The position numbers and the translations under genes are program-made. The notes beneath the pieces were generated by a model. That model worked only from the letters and a program-made list of their open reading frames with translations, did no database searches and was not told the DNA's origin. From the NCBI GenBank assembly GCA_022510705.1, contig JAFLSX010000001.1, forward strand, positions 13,736 through 77,735: a stretch of DNA of 64,000 nt. The letters run 5' to 3'. The first letter of the stretch is position 1. Every line of letters starts with the position of its first letter. The DNA comes from Lachnospiraceae bacterium (GTDB taxonomy: Bacteria > Bacillota > Clostridia > Lachnospirales > Lachnospiraceae). Below, in pieces: positions 1 to 10,279 of this stretch.

Positions 1-2
1 TG

Positions 3-536
3 GACGGACAGTATGCGGAATATGAAAAAGTCGGAGCACGCATTATTGCCAGGGATTCCGGTAATTGGTACCATACATTTACGATTGACAAAGGAATAGA
101 AGATGGTTTGGAGGTGGATATGAATGTCATTGCCGGCAGTGGCAGTGAAGGCGGTCTGGTAGGCAGAGTTGTATCCGTAGGTCCCAACTGGGCCAAAGTG
201 GTATCCATTATTTCGGATAATTCCAACGTGAGCGGTCAGATGTTGGCTACCGGTGATAAACTGATCGTTTCCGGTGATCTGGAGATGATGCAGAACGGCC
301 AGATTCGCTTTTCACAGCTTTTAGACAGTGCAGGTGCAGTGGTGAGCGGGGATAAGATTGTAACCTCGGATATTAGTGATAAATACTTGCCGGGCATTCT
401 GATAGGCTATATCGGAGATATCAATCTGGATTCCAATAAATTGACGAAATCGGGTTCCGTCACTCCGGCGGTGGATTTTGAACATTTGGATGAGGTACTT
501 GTAATCTTAACGCTGAAACAGACAGTTGAAGAATAA
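3..536 (+). CDS. mreC: Rod shape-determining protein MreC (5' truncated by window edge)
   Basis: Frame open from window start; TIDKG..DG, GLVGRV and GDKIVTS..YLPGILIG motifs; directly upstream of mreD. Confidence 0.93.
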   Translation, partial: DGQYAEYEKVGARIIARDSGNWYHTFTIDKGIEDGLEVDMNVIAGSGSEGGLVGRVVSVGPNWAKVVSIISDNSNVSGQMLATGDKLIVSGDLEMMQNGQIRFSQLLDSAGAVVSGDKIVTSDISDKYLPGILIGYIGDINLDSNKLTKSGSVTPAVDFEHLDEVLVILTLKQTVEE

Positions 537-565
537 TAAATAGACCTGTATGGAAAGGATATGCA

Positions 566-1072
566 TTGAGAAGAAAACTGGTTATTGCCATCTTAATATT
601 GTTTTGCTTTCTGTTGCAAAGCACGTTTTTTCAAAGCCTGTCCTTTAACGGGATTTCCCCTAATCTGCTGATTGTGTTGACAGCCGCATGCGGCTTCATG
701 AGGGGAGAGAAGGAGGGGTTGGTCATTGGCTTCTTCTGCGGACTTATCTGCGATATTTTTTATGGGGATGTTATCGGGTTTTATGCATTGGTAAATATGT
801 ATATCGGTTATTTAAACGGCAAATTTTCCGGTGTTTTTTATCCTGAGGATATCAAACTTCCCATGGGCCTTATTATTGTCAGTGATCTGTCCTATGGACT
901 TATATGCTATGTATTTCTGTTTTTATTGCGCGGGAAACTGCATTTTCCGTATTATTTTATACATATCATCTTACCTGAAATGGTGTATACCACGGTAATT
1001 ACCCTTTTTCTTTACCCATTGATCTTATGGATAAATACACGGCTGGAAAAGGTTGAAAAAAGAGGAGCATAA
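566..1072 (+). CDS. mreD: Rod shape-determining protein MreD
   Basis: 168-aa hydrophobic protein with PNLL and GFFCGLICD motifs, between mreC and pbp2. Confidence 0.92.
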   Translation: MRRKLVIAILILFCFLLQSTFFQSLSFNGISPNLLIVLTAACGFMRGEKEGLVIGFFCGLICDIFYGDVIGFYALVNMYIGYLNGKFSGVFYPEDIKLPMGLIIVSDLSYGLICYVFLFLLRGKLHFPYYFIHIILPEMVYTTVITLFLYPLILWINTRLEKVEKRGA

Positions 1073-1075
1073 AAT

Positions 1076-3961
1076 TTGGTTGAGAGATTGAAAGAACGCT
1101 TTATTCAAATTTTAACCAGCAGACTGACGGTGATGGTGCTGGTAGTAATGCTGCTGGGCGGTGTTTTGATCTACAGGCTCTTTACGTTGCAGATTGTACG
1201 CGGCGCGGATTATCTGGAGGATTTTATTTTACAGAGTAAGAAAACCCGTGAGATACAGGCTACCAGAGGAAATATATACGATAGAAACGGAAACCTTTTG
1301 GCATTTAATGAGCTGGCCTATTCCGTAAAAATCGAAGATGTTTACGAAGCTGGCAGAAATAAGAATCAACTGTTAAATGATAATATCTATAAACTCATAA
1401 AACTGATAGAGAAAAACGGTGATAGTGTGATCACCGATTTTGGAATTGTACTGGATGAAAACAACGAGTATGCTTTCAGTTATTTGGACGATACCCGCAG
1501 GCTTCGTTTTTTAGCCGACGTTTATGGGAAGAGCTATATATCCGATTTGTCATTGGAGCAGCAGACTGCTACGCCGGATGAGGTTATGAACTATCTGGGA
1601 AACCGATATGCCATTGGGGAATATGAGGATCCGGAGAATACAAAGAGCGACTTTATTGCCGGGAGGGGTTATTCCAAAGCGGATTTTCTCAAAATGGTAA
1701 CTATCCGTTATGCCATGAGCCTGACTTCGTTTCAAAAGTACATAGGTACCACGGTTGCCAAAGATATCAGTGAAGAAACCAGAGCCGTTATCATGGAAAA
1801 TATGGCTGATCTGGACGGTGTCAGTATAGAGGAGGATCCTGTCAGAAGATATAATGACAGTATCTATTTTTCACAGATTATCGGATACACGGCCCGTATT
1901 TCATCGGATGAGCTGGAGAGTCTGAATGCGCAGGACCTTGCGGAAGGCGGTGATGGCAACCGTTATTCCATCAACGATGTGGTGGGAAGAACGGGGATAG
2001 AAGCCTATATGGAAACGACTCTGCAGGGAACAAAAGGAATTGAAACCGTCTATGTCAACAATACGGGAAAAGTTATCAGCGTGGATGAAGACGAATCATG
2101 GGAACCGGTGGCAGGCAACGATGTCTATTTAACCATTGACAGAGATCTGCAGATAGCAACATACAAGATTCTGGAACAGAAGATAGCAGGTATCCTGCTT
2201 GATAAGATAAGAAATACCAAAGAATATACGGGACGCAGCAATTCCAGTTCGGAACTCTATATTCCGATTTACGATGTCTATTTTGCCCTGTTTGATAATT
2301 CGGTGATTGATTTTAATCATATGGCTGCTTCGGATGCAGGGGAATATGAACAGTTTGTATATGATAAATATTTGGAATATAAGGAAACGGTCTATACGAA
2401 GCTGTTAGAGGAACTGACGGAGAAAAAGACACCTTATAATAAGCTGGAGACGGAATATCAGGTATACGAAAGTAATATCGTGGAGTATTTAAACGGCAGA
2501 GGTATCCTGGATACTTCGCTGATAGATACACAGGATGCCACTTATATTGCATGGAGGCAGGAGGAAACCATCAGTCTTTACGAATATCTGCATTATGCGA
2601 TTTCTATGGGATGGGTGGATGTATCTAAGCTGAATCTGGAAAGCCGTTATGCGGACTCGGAAGAAATATATGATCAGATCATAGACAGTATCTTCCTGAT
2701 TTTGGACAATACTAACGAGTATCAAAAGAAGTTGTTTAAGTATATGCTCAAAAGAGATATCATAAACGGTAAGCATGTCTGCTTTATCCTGTGCGAACAG
2801 GGCAGGGTGGAAATTTCAGAGGAAGATATCACCAAGCTGTATGATAATAAGATTTCCGCTTATGATTTTATGCTAAACCGTATCAGTAATCTGGAAATTA
2901 CCCCGGCACAGCTGGCGCTTGACCCTTGCAGCGGTTCGGTAGTGATTGTGGATGTCAATTCCGGTGATGTGCTGGCACTTGTTTCTTATCCCAGTTATGA
3001 TAATAACAGGATGGCGAATTCTGTGGATGCTGCTTATTTTGCCCAGATACAGTCGGACAAGTCCAGTCCCCAGATAAACTACGCAACCCAGTACCGTTCG
3101 GCACCGGGTTCCACTTTTAAGATGGTATCCGCTACGGCGGCACTGATGGAAGGGATTGTGACAACCACCTCTACTTATTCCTGTTACGGTAGTTTTGATA
3201 CGGTTACCCCGCCCCCAAGATGCTGGATTTACCCGGGAGGGCATGGTTCCCTAAGCGTCACGGGAGCTCTGCGGAATTCCTGTAACGTATTTTTCTATCA
3301 GGTAGGTTATAATCTCAGTATCAGGGATGGTGCCTATGATGCGGAGGCCGGTTTGGAAACACTGGCAATGTATGCGGATATGTACGGACTGAGCGAACGA
3401 AGCGGTGTAGAGATCAATGAATACGCTCCAGAGGTGTCCGATGAATATCCTATTCAGTCGGCCATCGGGCAGGGTACTAATAACTATACCACTGTGGGAT
3501 TGGCCAGATATGTGGCAACGGTGGCAAACGGCGGTACCTGCTATAATCTGACACTGCTTGATAAAGTTACCAGTCCGGACGGTGAAATAGTGGAAGAATT
3601 TGAACCGGATATACGCAATACGATTGAAATGCCGGACAATTATTGGAATGCCATCCATACGGGAATGCGACAGGTTGTGGAAAATATGTCTTACTATAGG
3701 GATTTTGGGATGAGCGTTGCAGGTAAAACCGGTACGGCGCAGGAGAGTACCACCAGAGCAAATCATGCTTTGTTTGTAGGTTATGCACCTTACGAAAACC
3801 CCGAGATTGCCATTGCGACCCGTATCGCATTCGGTTATTCATCCAGCTTTGCAGCGCAGACCTCCAGAGATATAATAAAATACTATTATGATTTAGCGGA
3901 TGAAGAGGATATTGTAACAGGTGAGGCCGACAATGTGGATGGTGCAACCTATGGAGATTAA
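1076..3961 (+). CDS. mrdA: Class B penicillin-binding protein (PBP2/MrdA-like) with a large internal insertion
   Basis: N-terminal TM, RGNIYDRNG, GRTGIE, active-site STFK, SCN and KTGT motifs; in the mre operon. Confidence 0.88.
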   Translation: MVERLKERFIQILTSRLTVMVLVVMLLGGVLIYRLFTLQIVRGADYLEDFILQSKKTREIQATRGNIYDRNGNLLAFNELAYSVKIEDVYEAGRNKNQLLNDNIYKLIKLIEKNGDSVITDFGIVLDENNEYAFSYLDDTRRLRFLADVYGKSYISDLSLEQQTATPDEVMNYLGNRYAIGEYEDPENTKSDFIAGRGYSKADFLKMVTIRYAMSLTSFQKYIGTTVAKDISEETRAVIMENMADLDGVSIEEDPVRRYNDSIYFSQIIGYTARISSDELESLNAQDLAEGGDGNRYSINDVVGRTGIEAYMETTLQGTKGIETVYVNNTGKVISVDEDESWEPVAGNDVYLTIDRDLQIATYKILEQKIAGILLDKIRNTKEYTGRSNSSSELYIPIYDVYFALFDNSVIDFNHMAASDAGEYEQFVYDKYLEYKETVYTKLLEELTEKKTPYNKLETEYQVYESNIVEYLNGRGILDTSLIDTQDATYIAWRQEETISLYEYLHYAISMGWVDVSKLNLESRYADSEEIYDQIIDSIFLILDNTNEYQKKLFKYMLKRDIINGKHVCFILCEQGRVEISEEDITKLYDNKISAYDFMLNRISNLEITPAQLALDPCSGSVVIVDVNSGDVLALVSYPSYDNNRMANSVDAAYFAQIQSDKSSPQINYATQYRSAPGSTFKMVSATAALMEGIVTTTSTYSCYGSFDTVTPPPRCWIYPGGHGSLSVTGALRNSCNVFFYQVGYNLSIRDGAYDAEAGLETLAMYADMYGLSERSGVEINEYAPEVSDEYPIQSAIGQGTNNYTTVGLARYVATVANGGTCYNLTLLDKVTSPDGEIVEEFEPDIRNTIEMPDNYWNAIHTGMRQVVENMSYYRDFGMSVAGKTGTAQESTTRANHALFVGYAPYENPEIAIATRIAFGYSSSFAAQTSRDIIKYYYDLADEEDIVTGEADNVDGATYGD

Positions 3962-3973
3962 AGGAGTAGTGCA

Positions 3974-4651
3974 ATGAAAGATGCTGTTGTAATCAAAAGT
4001 TATCAGAATGGGATTTTACTGCTGTTGAATCCGGAGAGTAGTTTTGAGGAGATTTTAGATGAGGTAACAACCAAATTTACAGAATCCAAGAGCTTTTTCG
4101 GAGATGCCAGAATGGCTCTGTCCATAGACGGCAAGGAGTTAAGCGACGGAGAGCAGCTAAAACTGGTGGATGCAATCCGCAATCACAGTAATATACAGAT
4201 CGTCTGCGTAGTAGGAAAGGACGAGGCAACAGAGCAGTATTTTATAAAAGCATTAGAGCAGGTGGACAAGCATTTTGCAAAAGAAGATGCAGGCGGGCAG
4301 TTTTACAAGGGTACGCTGAAAAATAAGCAGATCATAGAAACCGAGCAGAGCATTGTCATTTTAGGAGATGTATATCCCGGCTCGGCAGTTATTTCGGCAC
4401 ATGATATCATTGTGCTGGGCGGCCTTTACGGAGAAGCTTATGCGGGCGGAAACGGGGAAGAAGGCCATTACATAGTAGCGCTTGAAATGGCGCCGGAAAG
4501 ATTAAAAGTCGGCGATTTCAAATACAAAAGCTCCAAACCGGCTAAATGGGGTATCAAACCTAAAATTCAGCCACAGATAGCTTATGTAAAGAATGACAAG
4601 CTGGTTCTGGAAACCCTTACAAAAGAATTACTGAGTGCTTTTGAGTTGTAA
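3974..4651 (+). CDS. minC: Septum site-determining protein MinC
   Basis: C-terminal beta-helix VILGDVYPGS..IIVLGGLYGEAYAG; upstream of minD. Confidence 0.9.
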   Translation: MKDAVVIKSYQNGILLLLNPESSFEEILDEVTTKFTESKSFFGDARMALSIDGKELSDGEQLKLVDAIRNHSNIQIVCVVGKDEATEQYFIKALEQVDKHFAKEDAGGQFYKGTLKNKQIIETEQSIVILGDVYPGSAVISAHDIIVLGGLYGEAYAGGNGEEGHYIVALEMAPERLKVGDFKYKSSKPAKWGIKPKIQPQIAYVKNDKLVLETLTKELLSAFEL

Positions 4652-4707
4652 TACAACTTAAGTACTGGTGGACGATACACATTACTTGATTAAAAAGGAG
4701 GATATGT

Positions 4708-5499
4708 ATGAGCGAAGTAATCGTCGTCACATCAGGAAAAGGCGGTGTGGGTAAGACCACCACATCAGCAAACGTTGGCACAGGTCTGGCACGTATGGGG
4801 AAAAAGGTATGTTTGATCGATACGGATATCGGTCTCCGTAATCTGGATGTGGTGATGGGACTGGAAAACCGGATCGTGTACAATCTGGTAGACGTGGTGG
4901 AAGGAAACTGCAGAATCAAGCAGGCACTTATCAGAGATAAGCGCAATCCGTCCCTATACCTCATGCCTTCAGCACAGACAAGGGATAAATCGGCGGTAAC
5001 ACCGGCGCAGATGGTAAAAATGATCACTCATCTGAGGGAGCAATTCGATTATATTATTCTGGATTGCCCCGCAGGCATTGAGCAGGGCTTTCGGAATGCT
5101 ATTGCCGCAGCGGACAGGGCTCTGGTCGTAACTACGCCGGAAGTCTCTGCAATCCGGGATGCGGACAGAATTATCGGACTGTTGGAAGCGGAGGAGTTTA
5201 AGAAAATCGATTTGGTCATCAATCGGCTTCGCACCGATTTGGTGAAAAGAGGTGATATGATGTCAGCCTCGGACGTTGTGGATATTCTGGCAATCCCCTT
5301 GATCGGAGTGGTGCCGGATGATGAAAATATTGTAATCTCCACCAATCAGGGGGAACCCTTAGTGGGGAATGGCACGCCTGCCGGAATTGCATTTCAGAAT
5401 ATTTGTAACAGAGTTTTGGGCAAGGAGGTTCCCTTTGCGGATTTTTCCAAAGGTATTTCCTTCTGGACCAGAGTAAGCGGCATATTCCACAAAGTGTAA
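4708..5499 (+). CDS. minD: Septum site-determining ATPase MinD
   Basis: SGKGGVGKTT deviant Walker A, DIGLRNLD, DCPAGIE, C-terminal amphipathic helix. Confidence 0.97.
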   Translation: MSEVIVVTSGKGGVGKTTTSANVGTGLARMGKKVCLIDTDIGLRNLDVVMGLENRIVYNLVDVVEGNCRIKQALIRDKRNPSLYLMPSAQTRDKSAVTPAQMVKMITHLREQFDYIILDCPAGIEQGFRNAIAAADRALVVTTPEVSAIRDADRIIGLLEAEEFKKIDLVINRLRTDLVKRGDMMSASDVVDILAIPLIGVVPDDENIVISTNQGEPLVGNGTPAGIAFQNICNRVLGKEVPFADFSKGISFWTRVSGIFHKV

Positions 5500-5512
5500 G
5501 GGGGCGGGCAGT

Positions 5513-5776
5513 ATGAAATATTTTTTTCGTAGAAAAAGTTCCAAAGAAATAGCCAAAGATCGGCTGAAAATTCTGCTGATATCGGACAGAGTCAACTGTT
5601 CTCCCGAAATGATGGAAATGATAAAAGCAGATATTGCCAAGGTGATTTCAAAGTACATGAAGATAGATGCCCAAAGCATGGAAATTCAGATCAGCAAGAC
5701 AGGAAGCAAGGGCGGGAGGGGAATGAAGACTCCCACACTCTATGCCAATATTCCCATTATTGATCTGAATCAGTAG
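5513..5776 (+). CDS. minE: Cell division topological specificity factor MinE
   Basis: AKDRLKILLISDR and LYANIPI motifs; follows minD. Confidence 0.94.
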   Translation: MKYFFRRKSSKEIAKDRLKILLISDRVNCSPEMMEMIKADIAKVISKYMKIDAQSMEIQISKTGSKGGRGMKTPTLYANIPIIDLNQ

Positions 5777-5792
5777 GCAAGAAGGAAGATAT

Positions 5793-6896
5793 ATGTTTAA
5801 ACATTACCGATTACGGGATTATGATTTTAAGTTAATCTTAATGGTACTGGCAGCATCGACCATCGGTATCATGATTATCGGAAGCGCCATGGAGTCCCTG
5901 CAAACAAGACAGCTTGCAGGTGTACTCCTTGGTATTTTCTTGATGCTGTTTATTTCCGTTATAGACTATAATATTGTGTTGAAGCTCTATTGGCTGATTT
6001 ATATGGGAAATCTTATCCTGTTACTTGCCGTAATGTTAGTGGGAGATGACAGCGGCGGTGCGCAGAGATGGCTGGAACTGGGAAGTTTCCGGTTTCAACC
6101 GTCAGAAACTGCTAAAATCATGTTGATTTTATTCTTTGCACAGTTTATTATGAAACATAAGGAACGTCTTAATACTTTTAAGTACATTTTCCTTTGTATC
6201 GGTCTTGTGGCAATTCCGTGGGCATTGATTTATAAGCAACCGGATATGTCCACCAGTATCGTTGTTTTACTGGTGTTTTGTACCCTTATGTTTGTGGGGG
6301 GATTAAGCTACAAGATTATATTAGGCGTACTGGCCGTGGTAGTTCCTGCTTTTCTCATCGTATTAAGTCTGGTGCTGCAGCCGGATCAGGATATTATAAA
6401 GCCATATCAGCAAAACAGGATTTTGGCTTTTATCAATCCGGAGCAGTATGCTACCGAAGAAGCATATCAGCAGCTGAATTCCATTACGGCTATCGGATCG
6501 GGTCAGCTGGATGGCAAGGGCTACAAGAACAATGAAATCAGTTCTGTAAAAAACGGAAATTATATTTCCCAGCCGCAGACGGATTTTATTTTTGCCATTA
6601 TTGGGGAAGAATTTGGGTTTAAAGGCAGCCTCGTGACAGTGATCTTGCTTATGTTGATTGCTTTGGAGTGTTTTTCGGTAGCCGCAAAAGCCAAAGATCC
6701 TGCAGGAACCATTATAGCCGGCGGTATGGGGGGACTGGTAGCGTTTCAGAGCTTTATCAATATTGGAGTGGCAACCTTTATTTTGCCGAATACCGGCTTG
6801 CCGCTGCCTTTTATCAGCTATGGACTGACTTCACTGGTGAGTCTGTATATCGGAATAGGGTTTGTATTAAATGTAAGACTGCAATGTAAGCATTGA
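5793..6896 (+). CDS. rodA: SEDS family peptidoglycan polymerase RodA
   Basis: GAQRW, FQPSE, QPD, TDFIFA, GLPLPFISYG motifs; in the mre/min operon. Confidence 0.88.
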   Translation: MFKHYRLRDYDFKLILMVLAASTIGIMIIGSAMESLQTRQLAGVLLGIFLMLFISVIDYNIVLKLYWLIYMGNLILLLAVMLVGDDSGGAQRWLELGSFRFQPSETAKIMLILFFAQFIMKHKERLNTFKYIFLCIGLVAIPWALIYKQPDMSTSIVVLLVFCTLMFVGGLSYKIILGVLAVVVPAFLIVLSLVLQPDQDIIKPYQQNRILAFINPEQYATEEAYQQLNSITAIGSGQLDGKGYKNNEISSVKNGNYISQPQTDFIFAIIGEEFGFKGSLVTVILLMLIALECFSVAAKAKDPAGTIIAGGMGGLVAFQSFINIGVATFILPNTGLPLPFISYGLTSLVSLYIGIGFVLNVRLQCKH

Positions 6897-6935
6897 AAGT
6901 TGTTAATTGGGGTTATGGGTTAAGGAGAAGGTTAT

Positions 6936-7331
6936 ATGAACATTGCGCTGATCGCACATGATGCAAAAAAGAAACTGATGCAAAATTTTTGTATCGCATA
7001 TCACGGTATATTAAATAAAAATGAATTGTTTGCCACAGGGACAACGGGAAGGCTTATCGAAGAGGTGACCAATCTTACCGTTCATAAATATCTGGCGGGA
7101 CATTTAGGCGGAGAACAGCAGATAGGTGCTCAGGTGGAACATAATCAGATCGATCTGGTTATCTTTTTACAGGATCCGCTTACCCCAAAATCTCACGAAC
7201 CGCAGGTTAACAATATCATGCGGCTTTGTGACATACACAATATACCGTTTGCAACAAATTTGGCTTCTGCGGAACTGTTGATCAAGTCATTGGACAGAGG
7301 AGATTTAGAGTGGCGTGAAATGTACAAATAG
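6936..7331 (+). CDS. mgsA: Methylglyoxal synthase
   Basis: IALIAHD, ATGTTG, GGEQQIG, HEP, ATN motifs. Confidence 0.95.
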   Translation: MNIALIAHDAKKKLMQNFCIAYHGILNKNELFATGTTGRLIEEVTNLTVHKYLAGHLGGEQQIGAQVEHNQIDLVIFLQDPLTPKSHEPQVNNIMRLCDIHNIPFATNLASAELLIKSLDRGDLEWREMYK

Positions 7332-8301
7332 GAAAAGACTGTTCTGCTTAGGGATTGTGATGCTGCTTTTGGCCACCTTCTGCGGGTGCGGAGGAAGCGC
7401 TTATGCTTTTCCTTATGATGCAGAGTATCAGGTTAGCAGTTTTCAAATTGTGAATACCGTAAATGCTTCGCAGGCTATACCATTTGCAGCCAATCTCTGC
7501 ATTGTGGAAGGGGATCTGACTGACGATGAGAAGGTGGATATGTCCAATGCGGAAGCAGCACTTCTTTGCGACTTAAGCAACGAAGATGTGCTATATGCTA
7601 AAAATGCCTATGAGAAGCTTCATCCTGCTTCCCTGACAAAAGTTATGACGGCAATTGTGGCCATTAAATATGGTTCCATGGATCAGGTGCTGACTGCAAC
7701 AAATTCCGTTATTATCACAGAGCCAGGAGCGCAGCTCTGTGGTCTGAAGCCCGGAGATTCCATGACGCTTTCCCAGGCTTTGAATATTTTGTTGATGTAC
7801 TCTGCTAACGATGCAGCCATGCTCATTGCGGAAGGGGTTGGCGGTGATGTGGATAGTTTCGTTGATTTGATGAATGAAGAAGCACAGGCTATCGGTGCCA
7901 CCAACACGCATTTTGCCAATCCGCATGGTCTGACGCAGGATAATCACTATACCACTGCATATGATCTATATCTGATTTTCAATGAGGCGATCAAGTATGA
8001 AAACTTCAGGGAAATCATACAGATGACCACCTATAGTACTACCTATACGGATGCCAACGGACAAAGCAAAGAATTGTCTTTTCATACACTGAATCAGTAT
8101 TTAAACGGCAATCAGACACAGCCGGAAAATATTACGGTATTGGGTGGAAAAACCGGTACCACAAATGCAGCCGGAAGTTGTTTGATCCTCTTGACCAAAG
8201 ATACGGGAGGAAATCTCTATATCTCCGTTATCCTCCGTGCGACGAGCAGGGATGTGCTCTATACACAGATGACGGATTTACTAAATGAAATAGGGAATTA
8301 A
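7315..8301 (+). CDS. D-alanyl-D-alanine carboxypeptidase (peptidase S11), probable lipoprotein
   Basis: PASLTK, SAN, KTG motifs, NPHGL; N-terminal hydrophobic stretch ending FCGC. Confidence 0.88.
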   Translation: MKCTNRKRLFCLGIVMLLLATFCGCGGSAYAFPYDAEYQVSSFQIVNTVNASQAIPFAANLCIVEGDLTDDEKVDMSNAEAALLCDLSNEDVLYAKNAYEKLHPASLTKVMTAIVAIKYGSMDQVLTATNSVIITEPGAQLCGLKPGDSMTLSQALNILLMYSANDAAMLIAEGVGGDVDSFVDLMNEEAQAIGATNTHFANPHGLTQDNHYTTAYDLYLIFNEAIKYENFREIIQMTTYSTTYTDANGQSKELSFHTLNQYLNGNQTQPENITVLGGKTGTTNAAGSCLILLTKDTGGNLYISVILRATSRDVLYTQMTDLLNEIGN

Positions 8302-8333
8302 TAGTTGTTTTTTGCGGGCAACTATTTTATAAT
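8300..8333 (+). promoter_or_regulatory. Sigma-A-like promoter (TTGTTT-17-TATAAT) overlapping an 8-bp inverted repeat that may terminate the upstream operon
   Basis: TTGTTT 8305-8310, TATAAT 8328-8333; AATAGTTG 8300-8307 pairs with CAACTATT 8319-8326. Confidence 0.55.
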
Positions 8334-8387
8334 AAAAGAGACATACATTATTACAATTATAATAACTTACTTTAGGAGGGTTTACCG

Positions 8388-8807
8388 ATGGTTCAATTAA
8401 TTGTAGGCAAAAAGGGGAAAGGCAAGACAAAACATTTATTGGACAAAGTCAATGGACAGATAAAGGAAGTAAACGGAAATATCGTTTATCTGGACAAAAG
8501 TACTAAGCATATGTATGAGCTGAACAACAAGGTAAGGCTGATTGATGTAAGTGATTTTTTAGTAGAAGATTGCGCCGCTTTCCTGGGTTTTGTCAGCGGA
8601 ATTATCTCTCAGGATCACGATTTGCAGCAAATGTATTTTGACAGCTTTTTAAAGATAGCGAATCTGGAGGATCAGGACATTGCTCCTGTTGTGGATAAGT
8701 TGGAAAAAATAAGCAAGAAATTCTGTGTGGATTTCATTATGAGTGTTTCTTTAGATAAAGAAGAATTACCCGAAGCATTAAAAGAGAAAGTCATTATTTC
8801 TTTATAA
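8388..8807 (+). CDS. Small conserved P-loop protein of unknown function
   Basis: GKKGKGKT Walker A-like motif at the N-terminus, MYFDS Walker B-like motif; strong RBS aggaggg. Confidence 0.75.
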   Translation: MVQLIVGKKGKGKTKHLLDKVNGQIKEVNGNIVYLDKSTKHMYELNNKVRLIDVSDFLVEDCAAFLGFVSGIISQDHDLQQMYFDSFLKIANLEDQDIAPVVDKLEKISKKFCVDFIMSVSLDKEELPEALKEKVIISL

Positions 8808-8815
8808 TATATCAT

Positions 8816-8846
8816 TCAGGAACCACCGGTTTACCGGTGGTTCTGA
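8816..8846 (+). terminator. Stem-loop after the P-loop gene
   Basis: GAACCACCGGT-tt-ACCGGTGGTTC perfect inverted repeat; weak U-tract. Confidence 0.6.
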
Positions 8847-8869
8847 TTATGCATTGAGGGAGTTTAAAG

Positions 8870-10279
8870 TTGGCGGACAGCAAAAATAATAAAGTGGCAA
8901 AGATAAAAAAATACCGAAAACCACTGAACCTCAATATTGGTATGGTGATTTTTGCAGTCATTTTTATTTATGTCTGCATTTGTATTAGTATGTATTTTAA
9001 GGACAACCATATCAAACCCTATGAGGTCAGGGAAGGTTCCCTTTCTTCCAACAATCTGTATACAGGCATCATTCTGCGGGAGGAAAATATAGTAACCGCT
9101 ACTTCGGCAGGCTATGTGAACTATTATGCCAGAGAGGGGCAGCGGGTAGCCGTTGGCAATCTGGTGTATACGGTGGATGAAACAGGCCGGCTTTCCGACT
9201 ATATCAACAGTGAAGAACTGGGAGAAAATGCGCTCTCAGATGCTGATCTGTATCAGCTTAAAGGGGAGATCGTGGATTTTGTACATGAATTTTCCCCGAA
9301 TAATTTTAGTTCCGCTTATGATTTTAAATACAGCGCAAAGGGAACAGTTTTAAAACTTGCAAATACTTCTCTCATGGAAAACATCTCCGACCTAAACGGT
9401 AGTGAGTTCGGAGGTAGTGTGGATCTTGCTTATTCTCCCTATACCGGTATTGTAATGTACTGGTTGGACGGCTATGAAGATCTGACTGCCGATGCCGTTA
9501 CAACAAAGATGCTGAATAATAAGAATTATGAAAAAACACAGTTGATCGGCAATGAACTGGTATCACAGGGAGATCCGGTCTATAAAATCTGCGATAAAGA
9601 AGAATGGTCCATTGTAATAGCGGTGGATGAAGCCAGAGCTACAGAACTGGAAAAAAAGGAAAACGGCGTTGTAAAGGTACGCTTTATGCGAAACCAGAAA
9701 GAGTCCTGGGCAAATGTTACAATTTTACATAATGGGGATGATATTTTTGCGCAGCTGACTTTCACCAATTCCATGATAACTTTTGTTGATGAGCGTTTTC
9801 TGGAAATAGAGTTACTGCTGCATGAGGAAACGGGCTTAAAGATTCCGGTCAGTTCCATAGTGGAAAGAGAATTCTTTTTAATTCCGGAAGAGTTTATCAC
9901 ACAAAGTGGAGATACCGGTTCCTATGGCGTTTTAAGGGAGGCTGTTCTGGAAAACGGTACCCGCACTACGGAATATGTAGAAGTGGAAATCTACAGTTTG
10001 GTGGATGGAGAATACTATGTGGACGCGGATGCACTGCGAAGCAGTGATCATCTGTATATGCCGGATTCCACCGAAACCTATACTGTCAGCAAGAGAGCTA
10101 CACTGATAGGCGTGTACAACATGAATAAGGGTTATGCCGATTTTAGGCAGATAGAGATTCTGTATAAGAATGAGGAGTATGCCATTGTGCGTTCCAACAC
10201 AGCATACGGACTGAATGTTTATGACTTGATCGTACAGGACGCTTCCAGTGTGAAAGTAGATCAGTTTATTTACAGATAA
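8870..10279 (+). CDS. Membrane-anchored HlyD/membrane-fusion-like protein of unknown function
   Basis: Single N-terminal TM; lipoyl-like half motifs (AGYV..YAREGQRVAVG and SPYTGIV) flanking a helical segment. Confidence 0.65.
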   Translation: MADSKNNKVAKIKKYRKPLNLNIGMVIFAVIFIYVCICISMYFKDNHIKPYEVREGSLSSNNLYTGIILREENIVTATSAGYVNYYAREGQRVAVGNLVYTVDETGRLSDYINSEELGENALSDADLYQLKGEIVDFVHEFSPNNFSSAYDFKYSAKGTVLKLANTSLMENISDLNGSEFGGSVDLAYSPYTGIVMYWLDGYEDLTADAVTTKMLNNKNYEKTQLIGNELVSQGDPVYKICDKEEWSIVIAVDEARATELEKKENGVVKVRFMRNQKESWANVTILHNGDDIFAQLTFTNSMITFVDERFLEIELLLHEETGLKIPVSSIVEREFFLIPEEFITQSGDTGSYGVLREAVLENGTRTTEYVEVEIYSLVDGEYYVDADALRSSDHLYMPDSTETYTVSKRATLIGVYNMNKGYADFRQIEILYKNEEYAIVRSNTAYGLNVYDLIVQDASSVKVDQFIYR

